NCBI GenBank assembly: GCA_020849035.1
Contig: JADLHC010000282.1
Location: 13,957 to 77,956, forward strand
Source of the DNA: Planctomycetia bacterium
GTDB lineage: Bacteria; Planctomycetota; MHYJ01; WSZJ01
Reading direction: 5' to 3'
Length of the DNA stretch: 64,000 nt
The translations under genes were made by a program, and so were the position numbers. The notes beneath the pieces were generated by a model. That model worked only from the letters and a program-made list of their open reading frames with translations, made no database searches and had not been told where the DNA came from. Below, in pieces: positions 44,441 through 54,038 of the stretch. Each line of letters opens with the position of its first letter. The first letter of the stretch is position 1.

Positions 44441-45514
44441 CTAACCGATGCAGCTCGCCCCCTGCAGCACCCTCTGCGCGAGGACGCCCAGCGTGTCCTT
44501 CCCGTCGCCGCGGAGCTCCTTGAGCGCCCCGGAGAGGAACGCGCGCGCGGTCTTGCGGCGCCAGGCGGCCTGGAAGTCGGTGTTGTCGAGCGGCCGCGCA
44601 TGCGCCGATGCCTTCTCTGCGAACTCCCCGATGGAATCGTCGGTGAGTTTCTTGCCGAGGAGGAGCGCGGACTCCTGCAGGTCGAGCGGGCAGGAGGCGA
44701 CGGCGCCGAGGACGACCTTGGCGTCCTCGACCTCGCCGGACTTCGCGAGCTTCACGCTGGCGGCGACGGACATGACGGGGAAGTCGAACGACCCGCGGCG
44801 GCGGAGTTTCCAGTACGTGGACTTCGCGCCTTTCGCGGCGGGGACGCGCACGGACGTGACGATTTCGTCGGGCGACTTCTTGAGGTAGTCCATGCCGTCG
44901 TCGCGGTAGAGCGCGGTCATCGGGATGTCGCGCTTCCCGCGCGCCTTGGACTGCACGGTGACGGTCGCGCCGAGGGCCATGAGCATCGGCGCGGAGTCGG
45001 TGGACGACACGGCCCAGCAGCGCGGGCTGGACGGCGCGACCCAGCAGGTGGCCTGGCCGGGCTCGGTGACGGCGGTGCCGTGCGGGGCCTTCATGCAGAA
45101 GGAGATGGACTGGCGCCACTCGTGATTCTGGTTGTAGTAGTTGCAGCGGGTGTCGAGGCAGAGGTTTCCGCCGAGGGTGGCGGTGGCGCGGATGAGGGGG
45201 GAAGCGATGCTGCTGATGGCGCGGGAGAGGCCGGGCCACCCGGACGCGATGGATTTGTCGAGCGCGAGGTCGGCGAGCGTCGAGCACGGGCCGATCGTGG
45301 CGGCGCCGTCGGCGCCGAGCGTCACCCCGCGCAGGGACGCGATCTTGCGGAGCGACACGAGCGCCTCCGGCGTCATCTGGCGGCGTTTGAGGTTCGGGAC
45401 GACGTCGGTCCCGCCCCCGAGGATCATCGCCTTCGGGCCGAGGTCGGCGAGGATCGCCGCCGCTTCCTCGAGGGTCGCGGGGGCGAGGTACCGGAAGGAC
45501 GGGCAGCGCATCAT
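44441..45514 (-). CDS. xanthine-dehydrogenase-family FAD-binding subunit with extra Cys loop (4-hydroxybenzoyl-CoA reductase beta-like)
   Basis: ILGGGTDVVPNLK FAD motif. Insert C-x15-C-x16-C-x8-C (CNYYNQNHEWRQSISFCMKA...TCWVAPSSPRC). Confidence 0.85.
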   Translation of the reverse strand: MMRCPSFRYLAPATLEEAAAILADLGPKAMILGGGTDVVPNLKRRQMTPEALVSLRKIASLRGVTLGADGAATIGPCSTLADLALDKSIASGWPGLSRAISSIASPLIRATATLGGNLCLDTRCNYYNQNHEWRQSISFCMKAPHGTAVTEPGQATCWVAPSSPRCWAVSSTDSAPMLMALGATVTVQSKARGKRDIPMTALYRDDGMDYLKKSPDEIVTSVRVPAAKGAKSTYWKLRRRGSFDFPVMSVAASVKLAKSGEVEDAKVVLGAVASCPLDLQESALLLGKKLTDDSIGEFAEKASAHARPLDNTDFQAAWRRKTARAFLSGALKELRGDGKDTLGVLAQRVLQGASCIG

Positions 45515-48015
45515 GACTTCACCCCCTCGACCTTGGCGCCGGGAGAGTCGGGCGCGAGCCGGAAGCCGGACGCGAGGAGCTTGGACTTGCGCGGCTTCTC
45601 GTTGGAAGCGGTGCCGTCGCCGCCCTCGAAGGGCGTCTTGACCTTCGACGCCTCGGGCCACTCGATCTTCGGGAACTCCTTCGGGCCGAAGCGCGCCTCG
45701 CGGCCGTGCTCCTTTTCCCAGAGGGCCTTGGCGATCTTCTCGGGAGTGACGGGCGACTCGTCCACGCGCACGCCGACGGCGTCGTAGACGGCGTTTGCGA
45801 CGCAGGGCGGCATGGGGAGGAGCGGGCCCTGGCCGACTTCCTTCGCGCCGAACGGGCCGTTCGGGTCGGGCTCTTCGATGAAGACGGTGTCGACCTCAGG
45901 CATCTCGAGGGTCGTGAGGGACTTGTACTCGAGAAGCGAGGGGAACTTGTGGACGAGCGCGCCGCTGAGATTCGCGGGGAGACGGCGGAAGGCCGACTCC
46001 TCCATCATCGCTTCGGAGAGCCCCATGTAGACCGACCCCTCCACCTGGCCGCGCGCGAGGACGGGGTTCATCACCTGCCCGATGTCGTGCGCGATCCAGA
46101 CCTTCTTCACGTCGAGGAAGCACGTGTCCTTGTCCACCTCGACCTCGACGACGGCCGCCGTGAACGAGTACGCGGGGCTCGGGCCGACGCCGCCGCCCTT
46201 GAATTTGCCGGCGGCCGGCGGCGGCTTGTACGAGCCCGTCGTGCCGAGCGTGCCGTGCATGGACTCGCCGAGGATGACCGCGTCCTGCCACGAGACGCCT
46301 TTCGAAGGGTCGCTCGCGTCGAACACGCGGCCGCCCGCGAACACCACGCGGTCCGGCGGGATCTCGAGCTTCTTCGACACCGCCTGCCCGATCAGCGCCT
46401 TCGCGCGCTCCGCCGCCTGGATCGCGGCGTTGCCCATCATGAGCGTCACGCGCGACGAGTACGACCCGAGGTCAATCGGCGTGATGCCGGTGTCGCCGGT
46501 GACGAGGCGCACGTCGCGCGTCGTGAGGCCGAGTACCTCCGCGACCGTCGCCGCGAGCACGTCGTCCGACCCCTGCCCGCATTCCGCGGCGCCGCAGAAC
46601 GCGACAACGGCGCCCGAGCGGTCGAACTGGAGCTGCACGCCTGTGTGCGGCAGGTCGTTCCAATAGATCGGCAGCCCCGCGCCGGTGAGATACGTCGAGC
46701 ACGCGAGCCCGATCCCGCGACCCGGCGGCAGCTTGCCCCACTTCTCCCGGTAGCCGCTGCGCTTCACCACCTGCTCGATGCACTCGCGCAGCCCCGTCGT
46801 CCCCACCTTCATCCAGTTCGCCGTGATCGAGTTCGCCGGCGTCAGCTGCTTCAGCCGCAGGTCCGCCGGGTTCATCCCCAGCGCCACCGCAATCTTGTCC
46901 AGCTGCACCTCCTGCCCGAACCGCGGCTGCGGCGTCCCGTGCCCGCGCTTCGGCCCGCACGGCGGCTTGTTCGTGAACGTTCGGCAGCCGCGGAAGCGGT
47001 ACGTCGGCAGCGCGTAGGTCACGCACTGCAGCGCGCCGGTGTAGAAGGTGGACGCGACGCCGTACGAGCCGTACGCGCCGCCGTCGAGAAGGGTCTGCAG
47101 GTCGAGGCCGGTGATCGTGCCGTCCTTCTTCACGCCGGTGCGCAGTTTCATGAGGACCGGGTGGCGCCCGCGGTGGCAGTAGAAGACTTCCTCGCGCGTC
47201 AGCGAGATTTTCACGGGCCGCCCGAGCACGAGCGCCGCCTTGCCGACGACGATCTCGTGGTTGAAGGGGTCCGTCTTGCCGCCGAACCCGCCGCCCTGCG
47301 GCGTCGCGATGACGCGCACGAGGTGCGGCGCGATGTCGAGCGCCTTGGCCAGCGCGCGGTGGACGTAGTGCGGCGTCTGCGTGGACGAGTACACACAGAG
47401 CTTGCCCTCGGTGTCCACCGTCCCGACCGCCGCGTGCTGCTCGATCGGCAGGTGCGTGTTGCCCTGGTAGAAGAAGTGGTCCTCGAACACGCGGTCCGCC
47501 CCGGAGATCGCCGCGTCCACTTCCCCGAACTCCAGCGCCACCGCCTTGTGCACGTTCCCGTGGTCGCCGTAGTCGTGAATCCGCGGCTCCGGCGTCTTGA
47601 GGGCCTCGAGCGGATCGGAGATGGTCTTCAGCGGCTCGTACTCGACTTTCACGGCAAGCGCCGCCTCGATCGCCAGCTCCTCCGACGTCGCGATCACCGC
47701 CGCGACCGGATCGCCCACCATCCGCACCTTCCCGCGCACCAGCGGATACTCGTCCTGCGACACCGGCAGAATCCCGTACGGAACCGGGAAGTCCGCGCCC
47801 GTCATCACCAGCTTCACGCCTTCCATCGCCAGCGCCTTCGAAGCGTCGATCGCCTTGATCACCGCGTGCGGCTGCGTCGACCGCACCAGCCGGCAGAACA
47901 GCATCCGCGTGAACTCCAGGTCGTCCGCGAACTTCGTCTGCCCCAGCACCTTCGCCCGCCCGTCCACCCGGCGCCGCGCCTGGCCGATGACCTTCAGATT
48001 CTTCGAAGCGCTCAC
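45511..48015 (-). CDS. xanthine-dehydrogenase-family molybdopterin-binding large subunit (HcrA-like)
   Basis: GTG start overlapping the upstream TGA. IGQARRRVDGRAKVLGQTKFADD, GGGFGGK, AECGQG. About 80-aa C-terminal extension. Confidence 0.9.
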   Translation of the reverse strand: MSASKNLKVIGQARRRVDGRAKVLGQTKFADDLEFTRMLFCRLVRSTQPHAVIKAIDASKALAMEGVKLVMTGADFPVPYGILPVSQDEYPLVRGKVRMVGDPVAAVIATSEELAIEAALAVKVEYEPLKTISDPLEALKTPEPRIHDYGDHGNVHKAVALEFGEVDAAISGADRVFEDHFFYQGNTHLPIEQHAAVGTVDTEGKLCVYSSTQTPHYVHRALAKALDIAPHLVRVIATPQGGGFGGKTDPFNHEIVVGKAALVLGRPVKISLTREEVFYCHRGRHPVLMKLRTGVKKDGTITGLDLQTLLDGGAYGSYGVASTFYTGALQCVTYALPTYRFRGCRTFTNKPPCGPKRGHGTPQPRFGQEVQLDKIAVALGMNPADLRLKQLTPANSITANWMKVGTTGLRECIEQVVKRSGYREKWGKLPPGRGIGLACSTYLTGAGLPIYWNDLPHTGVQLQFDRSGAVVAFCGAAECGQGSDDVLAATVAEVLGLTTRDVRLVTGDTGITPIDLGSYSSRVTLMMGNAAIQAAERAKALIGQAVSKKLEIPPDRVVFAGGRVFDASDPSKGVSWQDAVILGESMHGTLGTTGSYKPPPAAGKFKGGGVGPSPAYSFTAAVVEVEVDKDTCFLDVKKVWIAHDIGQVMNPVLARGQVEGSVYMGLSEAMMEESAFRRLPANLSGALVHKFPSLLEYKSLTTLEMPEVDTVFIEEPDPNGPFGAKEVGQGPLLPMPPCVANAVYDAVGVRVDESPVTPEKIAKALWEKEHGREARFGPKEFPKIEWPEASKVKTPFEGGDGTASNEKPRKSKLLASGFRLAPDSPGAKVEGVKS

Positions 48016-48509
48016 TTCTTCGCTCCTTCCTTCGCCATCTTCGCCGCCGCCGTCTCCACCGCTTCGTAGATCTGGATGTACCCCGTGCACCGGCACAGGT
48101 TCCCGGCGAGCGCCTCGGAGATTTCGCGGCGGTTCGCGTCGGGCTTCTTGTCGAGCAGCGCCTTTGCCGTGCACAGGAACCCCGGCGTGCAGTACCCGCA
48201 CTGCGCCGCCCCGCAGTCCGCAAACGCTTCCTGCAGCGGATGCAGCCGCGCGTCGTCGGCCAGCCCTTCGACCGTCGTCACCTTCGTCCCCTCGGCCTCG
48301 ACCGCCAGCATCAGGCAGGACAGCACCGGCTTGCCGTCCACGAGCACGGCGCACGCGCCGCACTCGCCCAGCTCGCAGCCGTGCTTCGTCCCCGTCAGGT
48401 TCAGGTCCTCGCGGAGGACCTCGAGGAGGGTCTTGTGCGTCCCGAACGTGACCGACACCGGGTCGCCGTTCAGGGTGAAGGAAATGCGCTGCGTCGTGGT
48501 CGTGGTCAT
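48012..48509 (-). CDS. [2Fe-2S] small subunit of the Mo-hydroxylase (HcrC/CoxS-like)
   Basis: GCELGECGACAV and CGYCTPG cluster motifs. Confidence 0.9.
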   Translation of the reverse strand: MTTTTTQRISFTLNGDPVSVTFGTHKTLLEVLREDLNLTGTKHGCELGECGACAVLVDGKPVLSCLMLAVEAEGTKVTTVEGLADDARLHPLQEAFADCGAAQCGYCTPGFLCTAKALLDKKPDANRREISEALAGNLCRCTGYIQIYEAVETAAAKMAKEGAKK

Positions 48510-48536
48510 GCGGACACGATCCCCGAACCGCGCGGG

Positions 48537-48567
48537 GGGTTCAAGGGGAATTTGAACGGGGGTTCAA
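48537..48567 (-). promoter_or_regulatory. repeated GGGGTTCAA / TTGAAC motif upstream of the Mo-enzyme operon
   Basis: GGGGTTCAA occurs twice with an inverted TTGAAC between them, inside the 71-nt gap 48510-48580. Function unknown. Confidence 0.25.
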
Positions 48568-48580
48568 ATCAGGGGAGTCG

Positions 48581-51500
48581 TTACTGTCCCGCCGGCCGGG
48601 CCTCCAGCCGCGCCGTCGCCGTCATCTTCCCCTGCTGCACCGCCCGGGCGCGGAGAACGATCCCCGCGTCGCCGGGCAGATCGGTCGCAGTGAAGCTGCC
48701 GTCGGATTCGCGCCTGAGGCGCGGGTCCGCTTCGACGATCTCGGCGTTCTGGACGGTGAGGGTGCCGGAGACCCGCCAGTCGACCGGGCGCGAGGCGCCC
48801 TGGAGGAAGATCGAGAGCGCGCGGACGTCCCCGACCTGGGCGTCGGGCTGGTCCCACTGGAGGACGGCGGCGACGGCCTCGGTCTTGAAGGTCTTCGAGG
48901 CGCCGCCCTGCGTGACGACCATGTCGCAGGGGCCCGGCTCGAGGCCGGGGGCGAGGAAGACGCAGGACGAGCCCGTGACCATGAGCGGCTCCGAGACGGT
49001 CGCCGTGCGGTCGGCGTGGTTCTTGACGAGAATGCTCGTCGAGCCGGCATTGGACGAAGGGACCTTGCCGGTGAAGCCGCCGGTGGTCCGCTGAAGCGAC
49101 GGGGCGTCCGGGGTCGCCGAGCGGGTGAGAAGCAGCGTCAGCGACGTCTGCCCGCAGGTGACGAGCACGCGGATGCCGGCCTCCGGAACCTCCGGAGGCA
49201 CGGACCACGCGCCCGGCGGGATGCGCTTGCCGTCGATCGTCGCGCCCTTCGGGAACGTCACCTGCTCGCCGCCCTTCACCGTGACGGTCGTCGTGTCGCC
49301 TCCGGAGCGCGTCTGCTCCCCGGGCCGCGTCCCGCCGTCGCCCGGAGTTCCCGCGTCGCCGGGCGGCTTGCCGCCCGCGGGGACCGACACTTCGACGAGG
49401 TTCGCAACGGCGTTCAGCCGGTTGCCGTGCGCGTCGCGCGGGTTCGCGATCATCACCGCGAACGTCACGACCCCCTCGACCGGGTACCACGGTTTCGCGA
49501 GCCGGATCGCTTCCACGTTCGCCACCTTGAGCACGCAGTCGGCCTGCCGGACATCCTTCCCTTCCACCTGCCGGCCGCGGTTCCGCCAGAATCCTTCCTC
49601 CTGGTCAGGAACCGGCATCAGCCGCCACGTGCCGGCCACGCTGTCGCCGACGTCGTTCAGCTGCTTTGCGTACACGACGGGCGCTTCCTCGAACATCGAA
49701 GTGTCGCAGGTGAACGACGCCTTGAACGCGCCGACGGGGACGATTGCGACGCCGTCGGCGACCTGCGGCTTGACCGCGATCTCGATCTCCACGGTCGAGC
49801 ACCAGATCGGGTTGGAGAAGCAACGCCGCTCCGCGACGTCGAAACGGCGGGCGCGTGTGCCCGCGGTGTAGGCGGCGACGACGAGCGCGCGGGGCTCGGA
49901 GAACGTCACGGTGCCGGGAAGCGCGCGGACCTGCATCTCGGACCACGGCCCGGGGGTCCACTCGTCCGCGGGCTCGAGAAACGGGACGGCCATGCCCGCC
50001 GTCTCGCGCGGCAGCGACTTGTCCGAGAGCGAGACGGTGAAGAGGTCGCAGAGCCGCGGGAGCCCTCCCTGTCCCCCGGCGCCCGCGACGCGGAACCGCA
50101 GCGCGGCGTTGCCGCAGTCGCGGCGCACGAGCGCCGTGCGCCCGCCATCGAACGCCCCGCGGCCGCCGATCTGGCCGTCGTCGTTGCTGGCGAAGCGCGC
50201 GTGGCGCCACGAGTCGTGCCAGATCCCGGCGTCCGAGTCGAAGCATGTGTCCGTGTCGAGCGCCGGCCAGCAGAGCGGGCCGTCGGTGCACACCTGGCGC
50301 CCCTCGACCACCGCGTCGAGGCTCGGCTCCTCGGCGTACACGCGCGCCGCGGCGAAATGCGAGGTGTGGGCCACCGACCCGTGCGAGCAGCCGAAGAGCG
50401 TCACCAGCTTCGTGAACGTCGGGTGACCCAGCACCGTCCCGCCGTGCCCGCTCGTGTAGTTGAACGCGCCGTGCGCGTCGCTTCCCGCGAACAGGTACGC
50501 CTTCCGGGCGAAGACGACCTTCGCGCCGTCGGAGCGCGCGGAGGAGTCCATCGCGTAGAGAAGCCCCGGGCGGACCATGTCGCGCAGGTAGTAGTGGAAT
50601 CCGAACGACAGCTCGTCGAACCAGGTCTCGTTCGGCTTCATCACGCCCCGGCGCCAGACGTTCGTGCGGAAGAGCTCGGACGGGTCGCCCAGTTCGGCCT
50701 TGTAGTACTGCGGCTCGTTCCAAATCTGCATGCCCTTGAAGGGGAAGTCGCCGTTGTAGTCCTCGAGCCGCATCCGCTCGGTCGTGAGGTTCGCGGCCTT
50801 CGGGAGGTCGTCGGGCTCCCACGCGAGCGAGCCGGGGGCAAGCGGAACGTCCTCGTGGATGAAGTCCTTCACGCCGGGGTTCTTCGTGTCGAGGAACGGA
50901 TGGGCGGCGATGTAGCTCGATTTTGGGTTCGAGGGGTCCAGCAACTGGCGTTCCGTCGTCATGACGTCCCAGCGATTCTCGTCGGGCGTCTTGGAAACCT
51001 CGTCCGTGATCGCTTCTGCGTCCTTCAGGAACTCGCCCCAATCCTTCGCCGACCGGTTTCCCCAGGAGTCGATCAGGTCCTTGAAAGCAGGATCGGAGAT
51101 CTCCTTGCCGAGCGCCTCTCCCAGCGACTCGCGCAGCGCCTTGCGCAATTCGTCTTCGCCCTTTGGCGCCACCATCCCGACCACGCCCAGTCCGTACTTC
51201 AGACCCTTGAAGAAGCTCGCAAGAAAATCGTCCGCCGTGGGAATGACGCGCTGAAACTGCATCACGCCCTTGTTCTCCATCAGCTTCCGCAGTCCTGTGA
51301 GAAACGCCCGCCACTTCCCGATCATCTCCTTGTAGCTGTGCCCCGCATGCCACGGACCATCCATCGGCTCCGCGCGGTAGACCAGCGCGTGAGGCGCGCC
51401 CAGGAACCGGTCGGGCACATGAAGCGCCAGTTCCTGGCCGGCACCCGCGCCCGCGAACTTCCGCAGCACCTTGATCTCGCTTCCCGGCGCTGTTCCGCGA

Positions 51501-54034
51501 TACGGCTCCGCGTCCGGGATATCCGTGTCGACGAGAAAGCAGTTGTGGTCGGTCGTTATCAACGTGTGAAGCGCGCTTCCGCCCTCCCACGGGTCTGCGC
51601 CGCCGCCGCCGCCAGCCAGCCGGTGCCGCGCGCGGGCGAGGGTGTGATCGCCGACGAGTCCCATCGCCTGCGCCGAGCGCAGGAGCATCCAGAGCGGCCC
51701 GCCGAACGCGAGCCGCGGCTCGACCAGGCGCCGCGAGAACTCCGAGGCCGTGTGGACGTGCGTGTCGAGGTACTGGCCGTTGGGGAAGAGGTGGGGAAGT
51801 TCGACGTCGAGCTGGATGCGGAGGATGGCTTCCTGCTCGTGGAGGAACCCCTTGTTGGACTTCGACAACCTCTGAAAGCGTTCACGGGAGACCGGGAAGG
51901 GCAGCTCGTAGTATTTCGAGTAGCAGCGCAAGTAGGCGTAATCGCCGGCCCGCGGAAGGCGCCCCTCAGAGCTTACCAGCGTCCACTTGGGGAGTCGGAA
52001 CACGACGCTCCAGCCGTCGTAGTCGATCCAGCCGGGAAGCAACGCAGGAGACATCTCTTCGCCGGCGGCGTTTTCGATCAGGACATGCTTCAGCACCTTC
52101 GGCGGCATCTGGAATCGCGGAAGTTCGTTGGCGAACGGAACGCTGATGAACTGGAGTAGCGGCACGCCGCCGACCGTCTCAGTGACGGAGTCCTTAGGGG
52201 CTTGATAGGAGAGGGCGACGGACTCATCCAGGCTCTCGAGGAAGATCTCCTCTAGGCAGACGCCTGACTTCTTTCGTTCTCCTGCGGGCTCCAGGTGGTA
52301 GTACTGCACGCGATCAAGCTGTGCAGAGTGGACCTCCGGAATGAATGCGAGGACCGGGAAATCTGCCCTCGATTTGCTCACGAATGCAGGCGCATCGAAG
52401 ATGAACTCACGCGTTGCCCAAAGGTCCGCGTATTGGGTCGATGCACTTGACTCCTCCGACCACAGGATCACGGTCTTGTCTTCGAGTTGAACTTTGTCGC
52501 GCATGATCAAGATCGAGATGCCCGCACCACCGAAGTTCTTGTCTGGCTCAGGAATAGCTGCCGGCACTTCAACTGAGCTTCGCCCCCCCGCTTCGATGTG
52601 GATCTCCTTCTGATAGAGCTTGTCCTTGATTGGGATCTCGATCCGACCGTCGAGAGCACCGGGGCTCTGGTTGCTCACGACGCAGGTCACGATCGCCTCT
52701 CCACTCCTTGTCCACCCGCGCACACTGATCCGCTGCAGCACGATGCTGGGATCTTCTTCCATCGGAACGATCGCAATGAACAGCCGGTTGTTGTCCGGGT
52801 TCTCGTCCTGCTTCGAGACGATCTGTGCGTCGACGTCGATGATGTCGTTCGGTAACCCCGGCACTTCCACAAACACCTCCGCCGACGCCCCGGGCGCCAC
52901 CTCCGGTATCGGCGCGCTGCACTTGAACGGCACGGGCTTCCACGACTGGAGGACCAGCTCCCCCGAAACCGGCTTTGCGCCGATATTGCGGACGACGCCG
53001 CGGACCCTGATCTTCTGGTTCGGCTTCGCCCACTCGGGGTAGCAGTAGGTGAGGACGAGGTCGCCGAAGTCGTCGCCTTTCGCGTAGCGGTCGATCGCCT
53101 CGGCGTAGAGGATGCGGGCGGGGACCTGGACCCACGAATTGCCGTGGCGGTCGTCCTTTCCGCTGAGCGTCAGGATCTCCCGGACGCGGGCGGCGCTCAT
53201 GTCGGGGTGCTTCGCGAGCAGCTTCGCAGCGTAGCCTGCGGCGCGGGCAGCCGAAGCGCTGGTCCCCTCGATTTCGGCGTAGCCGCCGTCCGCCGACAGG
53301 ACGGCGGCGCGGGCGGGCGAGAGGATCTCGGTCTTGCCGGAGCGGTTGCAGGGCTGCGCCAGCGTCTCGGTGACGATCTTGGTCCCGTCGGGCTGCTCCT
53401 CCTGGTGGGGCGCCGTCGCGGTGCACGAGATCGCCCACGGATGCGCCGCCGGGTACAGGTCGTGGCAGCCGCCGTTCGCCCCCGCCGCCGCGATGACCAG
53501 CACCCCCTTCTCCTCCGCCTTCTTCATCACCTCTTCCAGCTTCTCCGTCGTGAACGACATCCCCATCGCCACCAGCACGACCTTCGCCCCGCGGTCGATC
53601 GCGCTCTGGATCCCCAGCGCCAGCGTCGCCGGCGGGCATTTCGTCCCTCCCATCGTCACCTTGACCGGCAGGATGCGGACGCTGGGGACGCCGGCGCAGA
53701 TTCCGTCGTAGGCGTCGTTCTCGTCGTCCGCGCAGACCAGCCCCGCCATCGCGGTCCCGTGCCCGACGATGTCCGATCCCTCCGTCACCGCCCCGGCCTC
53801 GTCCACCCCGGGCAGGCAGCGGCCCTTGAGCGCCGGGTGGCTCCCGTCCACGCCCGTGTCCACGACCGCGACGACGACGGTGCCCTCGGGAAGCGGCGGC
53901 GGGTCCTCGCAGTCGAAGACGGCCGGGCGGCGGCCGCTCTCCGGCGACGAGAGCGCGCGCGGCGCGAGCCAGGCGGCGGTCGCGAGGGCCGCGGCGAAGA
54001 GCGGAAGGGTCAGGCGAAGGGATCGGGAGCGCAT
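48581..54034 (-). CDS. giant secreted subtilisin-like (S8) serine protease fused to CARDB-like and PHP (CehA/McbA-type metallohydrolase) domains
   Basis: Signal peptide. Catalytic triad motifs VVDTGVD, GHGTAMAG, GTSASAA. Later LDTHVHTASEFS, ITTDHNCF and GSDAHGAF are PHP motifs. 1817 aa. Confidence 0.85.
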   Translation of the reverse strand: MRSRSLRLTLPLFAAALATAAWLAPRALSSPESGRRPAVFDCEDPPPLPEGTVVVAVVDTGVDGSHPALKGRCLPGVDEAGAVTEGSDIVGHGTAMAGLVCADDENDAYDGICAGVPSVRILPVKVTMGGTKCPPATLALGIQSAIDRGAKVVLVAMGMSFTTEKLEEVMKKAEEKGVLVIAAAGANGGCHDLYPAAHPWAISCTATAPHQEEQPDGTKIVTETLAQPCNRSGKTEILSPARAAVLSADGGYAEIEGTSASAARAAGYAAKLLAKHPDMSAARVREILTLSGKDDRHGNSWVQVPARILYAEAIDRYAKGDDFGDLVLTYCYPEWAKPNQKIRVRGVVRNIGAKPVSGELVLQSWKPVPFKCSAPIPEVAPGASAEVFVEVPGLPNDIIDVDAQIVSKQDENPDNNRLFIAIVPMEEDPSIVLQRISVRGWTRSGEAIVTCVVSNQSPGALDGRIEIPIKDKLYQKEIHIEAGGRSSVEVPAAIPEPDKNFGGAGISILIMRDKVQLEDKTVILWSEESSASTQYADLWATREFIFDAPAFVSKSRADFPVLAFIPEVHSAQLDRVQYYHLEPAGERKKSGVCLEEIFLESLDESVALSYQAPKDSVTETVGGVPLLQFISVPFANELPRFQMPPKVLKHVLIENAAGEEMSPALLPGWIDYDGWSVVFRLPKWTLVSSEGRLPRAGDYAYLRCYSKYYELPFPVSRERFQRLSKSNKGFLHEQEAILRIQLDVELPHLFPNGQYLDTHVHTASEFSRRLVEPRLAFGGPLWMLLRSAQAMGLVGDHTLARARHRLAGGGGGADPWEGGSALHTLITTDHNCFLVDTDIPDAEPYRGTAPGSEIKVLRKFAGAGAGQELALHVPDRFLGAPHALVYRAEPMDGPWHAGHSYKEMIGKWRAFLTGLRKLMENKGVMQFQRVIPTADDFLASFFKGLKYGLGVVGMVAPKGEDELRKALRESLGEALGKEISDPAFKDLIDSWGNRSAKDWGEFLKDAEAITDEVSKTPDENRWDVMTTERQLLDPSNPKSSYIAAHPFLDTKNPGVKDFIHEDVPLAPGSLAWEPDDLPKAANLTTERMRLEDYNGDFPFKGMQIWNEPQYYKAELGDPSELFRTNVWRRGVMKPNETWFDELSFGFHYYLRDMVRPGLLYAMDSSARSDGAKVVFARKAYLFAGSDAHGAFNYTSGHGGTVLGHPTFTKLVTLFGCSHGSVAHTSHFAAARVYAEEPSLDAVVEGRQVCTDGPLCWPALDTDTCFDSDAGIWHDSWRHARFASNDDGQIGGRGAFDGGRTALVRRDCGNAALRFRVAGAGGQGGLPRLCDLFTVSLSDKSLPRETAGMAVPFLEPADEWTPGPWSEMQVRALPGTVTFSEPRALVVAAYTAGTRARRFDVAERRCFSNPIWCSTVEIEIAVKPQVADGVAIVPVGAFKASFTCDTSMFEEAPVVYAKQLNDVGDSVAGTWRLMPVPDQEEGFWRNRGRQVEGKDVRQADCVLKVANVEAIRLAKPWYPVEGVVTFAVMIANPRDAHGNRLNAVANLVEVSVPAGGKPPGDAGTPGDGGTRPGEQTRSGGDTTTVTVKGGEQVTFPKGATIDGKRIPPGAWSVPPEVPEAGIRVLVTCGQTSLTLLLTRSATPDAPSLQRTTGGFTGKVPSSNAGSTSILVKNHADRTATVSEPLMVTGSSCVFLAPGLEPGPCDMVVTQGGASKTFKTEAVAAVLQWDQPDAQVGDVRALSIFLQGASRPVDWRVSGTLTVQNAEIVEADPRLRRESDGSFTATDLPGDAGIVLRARAVQQGKMTATARLEARPAGQ

Positions 54035-54038
54035 CGGG

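Noticed and set aside
49016-52159. 1047-aa plus-strand ORF, plus several 250-660-aa ORFs in other frames across 48.6-54 kb.
   Set aside because: All overlap the 1817-aa S8/PHP gene, which carries intact catalytic motifs. The alternatives are Arg/Pro/Gly-rich.
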